Under the pieces are notes generated by a model, which searched no databases, had not been told where the DNA came from, and was given only the letters and a program-made list of their open reading frames with translations. From positions 1,860,001-1,924,000 of the forward strand of contig CATNEN010000039.1 of assembly GCA_950097015.1 (NCBI GenBank): 64,000 nucleotides of DNA, read 5' to 3'. Each line of letters begins with the position of its first letter. Positions within the stretch are counted from its first letter, which is position 1. This DNA comes from Macrostomum hystrix. Its lineage: Eukaryota > Animalia > Platyhelminthes. Of the stretch, positions 58,401 to 64,000 are shown piece after piece. The position numbers and the translations under genes are program-made.

Positions 58401-59016
58401 CCTAGTAGAAGCGACCTGGATCGGCGTTCGTTTTTGCGCTATTAAGAAAAAATCCCAAACAGGGCATGTGTTCCCTGGGGCATTAGTGGCCTGTCTCAGC
58501 ACTGCAGATGGCCAGATAGATTTTCGGGACCACCCTAGCAACAAAATTCCGACCCCACAGCAGCACCCAAAATCAGAACCTGGCACCGCTGCGTGTTGGC
58601 TGCAGCAGTGGCATGTAGGAGGTCGGGTGGTGGCTGTACACTGTCAGGCCGTAGTGGTGAAGGCGCAGATCGGCTATCACCTTCGGCCTGAGCAGGCTGA
58701 GCACGTAGGAGCAGCGGCTGAAGCGAAAGCCGGGCACAATCTCCTCGGTGACGGCGGCGCCACCGATGACGCGGCGACGCTCGAGAACGCAGACGCGCAG
58801 GCCGGCGCCGGCAAGGTAGGCGGCCGCCACCAGGCCATTGTGCCCGCCGCCAACCACAATGCAGTCGAAGCTGCGGCTCAGCCTGCCACTGGCGGCTGCA
58901 GAGGCCAGTGGCGTTGATGTCGACCTGATTCCATGCGGACCAGTCGACTGCATTCTTGATGACGAAGCGACCGCCAGTCGCCCGGCTAGCAGCGGGGTCA
59001 GGTTTCTCAGCAGCAT
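55456..59016 (-). CDS. PYROXD2: Pyridine nucleotide-disulfide oxidoreductase domain-containing protein 2 (phytoene desaturase-like, probably mitochondrial)
   Basis: Exons 59016-58580, 58415-57907, 57365-56925, 55859-55456, phases consistent. Motifs [72 protein letters not shown]. Confidence 0.95.
55905..56820. repeat. 20-bp minisatellite (tgtgtctaacaggtgccata) with a 138-bp higher-order repeat
   Basis: PYROXD2 last intron. Confidence 0.95.
57515..57778. repeat. About 98-bp tandem duplication (2.5 copies)
   Basis: PYROXD2 intron 2; repeated gaggggcagagagt...gagagagaggagagaa-ggactggacttgagggact. Confidence 0.85.
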
Positions 59017-60472
59017 ATTTTCTATTCAACTAATGCTCTGGGTCTGGCGTGGCCTAGCTGTGCTCAACAGACAGCAGTACTGAGCAGAAAGTAGTGGGAG
59101 TTTTATACACGAATGCCCAAGAGTTACAATGCCCGGTCCCCGAGTCCCTGAAGTACATTGCGCAACTTAGAGACTCGACACAATGGGTTTGAGACCCGCT
59201 GTCCCTCTCAGTCTCATTGCATTTATTTATACCCAGACTGGCCACAGATGCTGCCCACCTCATCACTACTGCTATTCTTCCAGATCATACAGTTGTCAGA
59301 TCGGAACACGTGGACAACATTTTCTCACTCGGAACTTTCTAAGATAGCAGAAAGACCATGAAGGAAGCATTTCAAATACCCATAATTTTTATTTTTCTAC
59401 ATCTCCAAAAATAAGGAAAATGTAAATGTAAATGCAGATCACTGTTTCGAATTCTCGCTCTATCCGACGGAACAACTTCCAAAATCACATAACATCGGCA
59501 TCGCATCGTCAAGATATTCAACGATTCTCGTCGGGACGTCTGGCGGCAGAAATCGTACGAGTATTTCTGCTCAGAAAATGTCATTATTTAACCATATCGG
59601 CTACTAGATTTGATTATCACTGTTAATTCATGTATTAGTGATGCATCTGGTGGAGATTGGTTTCAAGAAAATCTGTGATTCGGTTTGGGAGCTATCGTGA
59701 AGTATAGCGTCCGTATTTCTAATGATACAAAACGGCTACCTTGGGAATTCAATTAATAAAAATGCAAAGTCACCAAATGAACAAAATAGGTTTTGTCAGC
59801 ATGCCTAAATCAGATAGCAAATATATTGTGCATGAATTTTCGAGCGTTTGTGGAACATAATCAATAAAAATAAATACATATTTTCGATGTAGGTGGAGAG
59901 AGACAACAAGTACAGCAAGAGTACATCGGTGACACGTCAGTCAATGTCAATGTAATTTAACAGCCAAAATAATTAAACTTGTCTCAAACAAAAAAACAAC
60001 AAATTGATTAATCAGACAAGGCAGAAGCAGTCGCCATGTCAAATAGACTAGATGGCAAATATTGCTTGTAGATCTGTGGGACTCAGGCATTGTGGTTACT
60101 GCAGTAGCTCGGAGAAACCAATGAGAAATTCTTGTCGCATAATTTATGAATGAACCGTATCAGTTAGGCTGTGACATATCTGCACTGATAATGGATCATT
60201 TTGGCTAGAATAAATTATCGCATAATCAGTTAGAAATCTGGCAAAATCAATAGGGAAATCAATTATTGAATGAGATCAGTTCCAAAAACAAAATCATTGA
60301 TACAAGTAAACACAATAAACACCAATTAATTAGCAGCTTACTAATTTATCCATTCTCCAATCGTAAAAATTTCACAGACTGGCTACCGCTTGCTCGTAAA
60401 TAGCGGTCGTATTCGATCTTCCATTTTATTTTTTTCTGTCCATCTTTCACTGAAAAGAATGGCCACTTTTTA

Positions 60473-61108
60473 TTGATTAAAATGTCCATCTTCAATTGAT
60501 TAAAATGTCCATCTTCAATTGATTAAAATGTCCACCTTCAATTGATTAAAATGTCCATCTTCAATTGATAAAAATGTCCACCTCAATTCATTAAAATGTC
60601 CATCTCTAATTGATTAAAATGTCCACCTTCAATTGATTAAAATGTCCACCTTCAATTGATTAACATGTCCACCTTCAATTGATTAAAATGTCCACCTTCA
60701 ATTGATTAAAATGTCCACCTTCAATTGATTAAAATGTCCACCTTCAATTCATTAAAATGTCCACCTTCAATTGATTAAAATGTCCACCTTCAGTTGATTA
60801 AAATGTCCATCTTCAATTGATTAAAATGTCCACCTTCAATTGATTAAAATGTCCATCTTCAATTGATTAAAATGTCCATCTTCAATTGATTAAAATGTCC
60901 ACCTTCAATTGATTAAAATGTCCACCTTCAATTGATTAAAATGTCCATCTTCCATCGATTAAAATGTCCATCTTCAATTGACTAAAATGTCCACCTTCAA
61001 TTGATTAAAATGTCCACCTTCAATTGATTAATTTGTCCACCTTCAATTGAATAAAATGTCCACTTCCCATTGATTAAAATGTCCACTTCCCATTGATAAG
61101 GATGTCCA
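60473..61108. repeat. 23-bp minisatellite (ttgattaaaatgtccaccttcaa)
   Basis: About 27 copies downstream of the ANKFY1 stop. Confidence 0.96.
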
Positions 61109-61289
61109 AATTTCCTGATACGATAAAGATGATTCACTAGCTATGTCTCATGATTTCTACAAACTCTCAGGTAAATAACGATGGGCACCCTTAATTCTAG
61201 TTGACCTATTACACAAAATTAAGCAATAGTCAAAAGCCTGTATTGATTTCCAGGGAAGTGAACATTGGGCTATCGCCGGGGCGGCAGTG

Positions 61290-63301
61290 TCAGTCGGACA
61301 GGCCATAGCGGCAGGTGATGTAATCAAAGCAGAACTGGCAGACCCGCTCAGGCTTGCGCATGCCGTACTTCACAATGGCGCACTGCTGCTTGGAGCAGCC
61401 CGCGCACAGCAGGCGGCCGCAGTGCCTGCAGTGGTGCTTGCGGGTCTTCAGGCTGAACCGGGCGCTGCACTCCAGGCAGAAGTCGCCGTCGACCCAGCCG
61501 GGCTCCTTGTCAAGGATGTCCAGCAGGGTGTGCAGCAGTTGCTTGCTGGTGGTTGGCACCTGAGCAACGGCAGGGCGGCTATTAGCAAACACCAGGCCAA
61601 ACCTACTTACTTACTTAGTTGCAGGGGGGCCTGGGGCACTTGACGCACAAACACAGGAACGGCATGCCCCCAGGCCGGCGAACTAGGCGGGAGTCGCCCA
61701 TCGCGCCATCTGGACCCCTGGACACACGCACCTGACACACAGCAGCAAGCCAAGCGGGGAAGGGGGCGGCAGCCGGAGTGCCTCTCACCCCAGGCCCGCA
61801 CACGCACAGAGCAGACCAAACAAGGGGAGGACTTAGATGCCTGAAGGGTAGAGACGAGAGTACACATCGGTGTACATCCGCCCCACCCCCCATACAACGC
61901 CTCACACCCGGCCCAGCGCACAAACACAAACAAGCAGGCATGCAGAAGGCAGGGGTTAAGCTATTTTAAATTAGCTTTGGTTGCACAGAATAAGGTGCAT
62001 CTCCGCAAGTCAGTACTTCGCAAACCTCCAACTAAGCCCCGAAATAATCGTGACTTGGAGGGAGGAACGAACCAGCGACCATTGGAAACATTAGCCGCTG
62101 ACCCACTCACTCCCATAGGCCAAACCTTATAACTTCTCAAACTATTAGTTACACCAATCTACTCAATTACCCTACCCCTCAGCTCAATTACCCTACCCCT
62201 CAGCTCAATCATTCTACCCCTCTGCTCAATCATTCTACCCCTCTGCTCAATCATTCTACCCCTCAGCTCAATCATTCTACCCCTCAGCTCAATCATTCTA
62301 CCCCTCAGCTCAATCATTCTACCCCTCAGCTCAATCATTCTACCTCTCAGCTCAATCATTCTACCCATCTGCTCAATCATTCTACCCCTCTGCTCAATCA
62401 TTCTATCCCTCTGCTCAATCATTCTACCCCTCTGCTCAATCATTCTACCCCTCTGCTCAATCATTCTACCCCTCTGCTCAATCATTCTACCCCTCTGCTC
62501 AATCACTCTACCCCTCTGCTCAATCATTCTACCCCTCTGCTCAATCATTCTACACCTCTGCTCAATCATTCTACCCATCTGCTCAATCATTCTACCCCTC
62601 TGCTCAATCATTCTACCCCTCTGCTCAATCATTCTACCCCTCTGCTCAATCATTCTATCCCTCTGCTCAGCAATTCTACCCATCTGCTCAATCATTCTAC
62701 CCCTCTGCTTAATTTTCTACCCATCTGCTCAATCACTCTACCCCTGTGTTCAATCATTCTACCCCTCTGCTCAATCATTCTACCCCTCTGCTCAATCATT
62801 CTACCCATCTGCTCAATCACTATCGAACAGTCTCACATAACCAATCCGCCTTTGCAGTCATGTGGTGTACAAGCAGGCTCACCTGGTGATTGAACACAGT
62901 CTTGCCGTACTTGTTGATGGCACCCAGGCTGGCTCCAGCTCGCACCAGGGCGGTGCAGAGCCGCACATTGCCCTGCATGTAGGCCAGCAGGAGGGCCGTG
63001 TTACCCTCGGCGTCGGGCAGGTCGATGTTGGTCTGCGGCTCCGCAGCCAGCACGCAGTCAAAGATGCTGGCCGCATTTTCTCGGCCGTACTGAGCCAGCA
63101 GGTGAAGCGGAGTCTGGCCACGAATGTTAGCAACGGACAGGAGTTGCGGGCGCGGCTTATGGTGCTGTTGAAGCAGCAGACGGCAGACTGGCAGGTGGCC
63201 CTCGCGCATTGCAAGGTGCAGCGGCGTCTCGCCGCCATCGTCAGAGCAGTTCACCTCTACGGCTTCGTGGTCGAGCAGAATGCCCGCCAGGTCGCAGTTG
63301 C
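61290..63301 (-). CDS. ANKFY1: Rabankyrin-5 / ankyrin repeat and FYVE domain protein 1, last two exons (5' part outside window)
   Basis: Exons 63301-62883 (ankyrin repeats; GQTPLHLLAQYGRENAASIF, GNTALLLAY) and 61559-61290 (KQLL..LLD.L.KEPGW.DG..C..C..F..KTRKHHCRHCGRLLC..C..RVC..CFD, a FYVE domain). Confidence 0.94.
62160..62821. repeat. 21-bp minisatellite (ctcaatcattctacccctctg)
   Basis: ANKFY1 last intron. Confidence 0.96.
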
Positions 63302-63454
63302 CTGTTGTTAAGGGTAAACGGCCAGAGTAACTATATGTTTCAGTTAAACAGTCAGATTCCTCGTCATCTACGAGTATTTAGATACAATTTTTATAAAATT
63401 TTTCGTTTCTAACGCTGTAGATTAGCTAAGCTGTTAAGCAAGATAAGCTGTTTC

Positions 63455-64000
63455 TATCCTGTAGACTGCTTCTAACCCGAATCCCGGTCTGTAGGCTGTT
63501 TCTGACCCGAATCCCGGTCTGTAGGCTGTTTCTAACCCGAATCCCGGTCTGTAGGCTGTTTCTAACCCAAATCCCGGTCTGTAGGCTGTTTCTAACCCAA
63601 ATCCCGGTCTGTAGGCTGTTTCTGACCCGAATCCCGGTCTGTAGACTGTTTCTAACCCGAATCCCGGTCTGTAGGCTGTTTCTAACCCAAATCCCGGTCT
63701 GTAGGCTGTTTCTGACCCGAATCCCGGTCTGTAGGCTGTTTCTAACCTGAATCCTGGTCTGTAGGCTGTTTCTAACCCGAATCCCGGTCTGTAGACTGCT
63801 TCTAACCCGAATCCCGGTCTGTAGGCTGTTTCTGACCCGAATCCCGGTCTGTAGGCTGTTTCTAACCCGAATCCCGGTCTGTAGGCTGTTTCTGACCCGA
63901 ATCCCGGTCTGTATGCTGTTTCTGACCCGAATCCCGGTCTGTAGACTGTTTCTAACCCAAATCCCGGTCTGTAGGCTGTTTCTAACCCAAATCCCGGTCT
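63455..64000. repeat. 30-bp minisatellite (atcccggtctgtaggctgtttctaacccga)
   Basis: ANKFY1 intron; runs off the window. Confidence 0.97.

Overview
Eukaryotic (animal) genomic DNA, not prokaryotic. It has GC-rich coding exons, GT-AG introns, and a different minisatellite in most introns and intergenic gaps. This architecture suggests a macrostomid flatworm such as Macrostomum lignano (inference, not verified by search). Intact spliced genes, with exon phases checked by hand: an NPY/RFamide-type GPCR (+), KLHL18 (+), a FATP/SLC27 acyl-CoA synthetase (+), Pitchfork/CIMAP3 (-), Elongin B (+), WDR61/SKI8 (+), ENY2 (+), an uncharacterised ER thioredoxin-fold protein ending HSEL (+), PYROXD2 (-) and the 3' end of ANKFY1/Rabankyrin-5 (-). 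Damaged or partial genes: a Ly6/mucin-like gene, an EEP-domain fragment, a nucleoredoxin with an internal deletion, and an ankyrin-SAM remnant. Mobile DNA: two tRNA-headed SINE families and two hAT-type MITEs that each carry a minisatellite. Most interesting observations: (1) ELOB-WDR61-ENY2 is a co-oriented cluster of three Pol II elongation/mRNA factors with hallmarks of an SL-trans-spliced operon, including an acceptor where an SL-donated AUG would restore the conserved WDR61 N-terminal register; (2) a GGGAT core recurs in about a third of otherwise unrelated minisatellites; (3) MITEs carry minisatellites; (4) several arrays multiply transcription-factor consensus sites. No CRISPR array, rRNA or intact tRNA gene was found.
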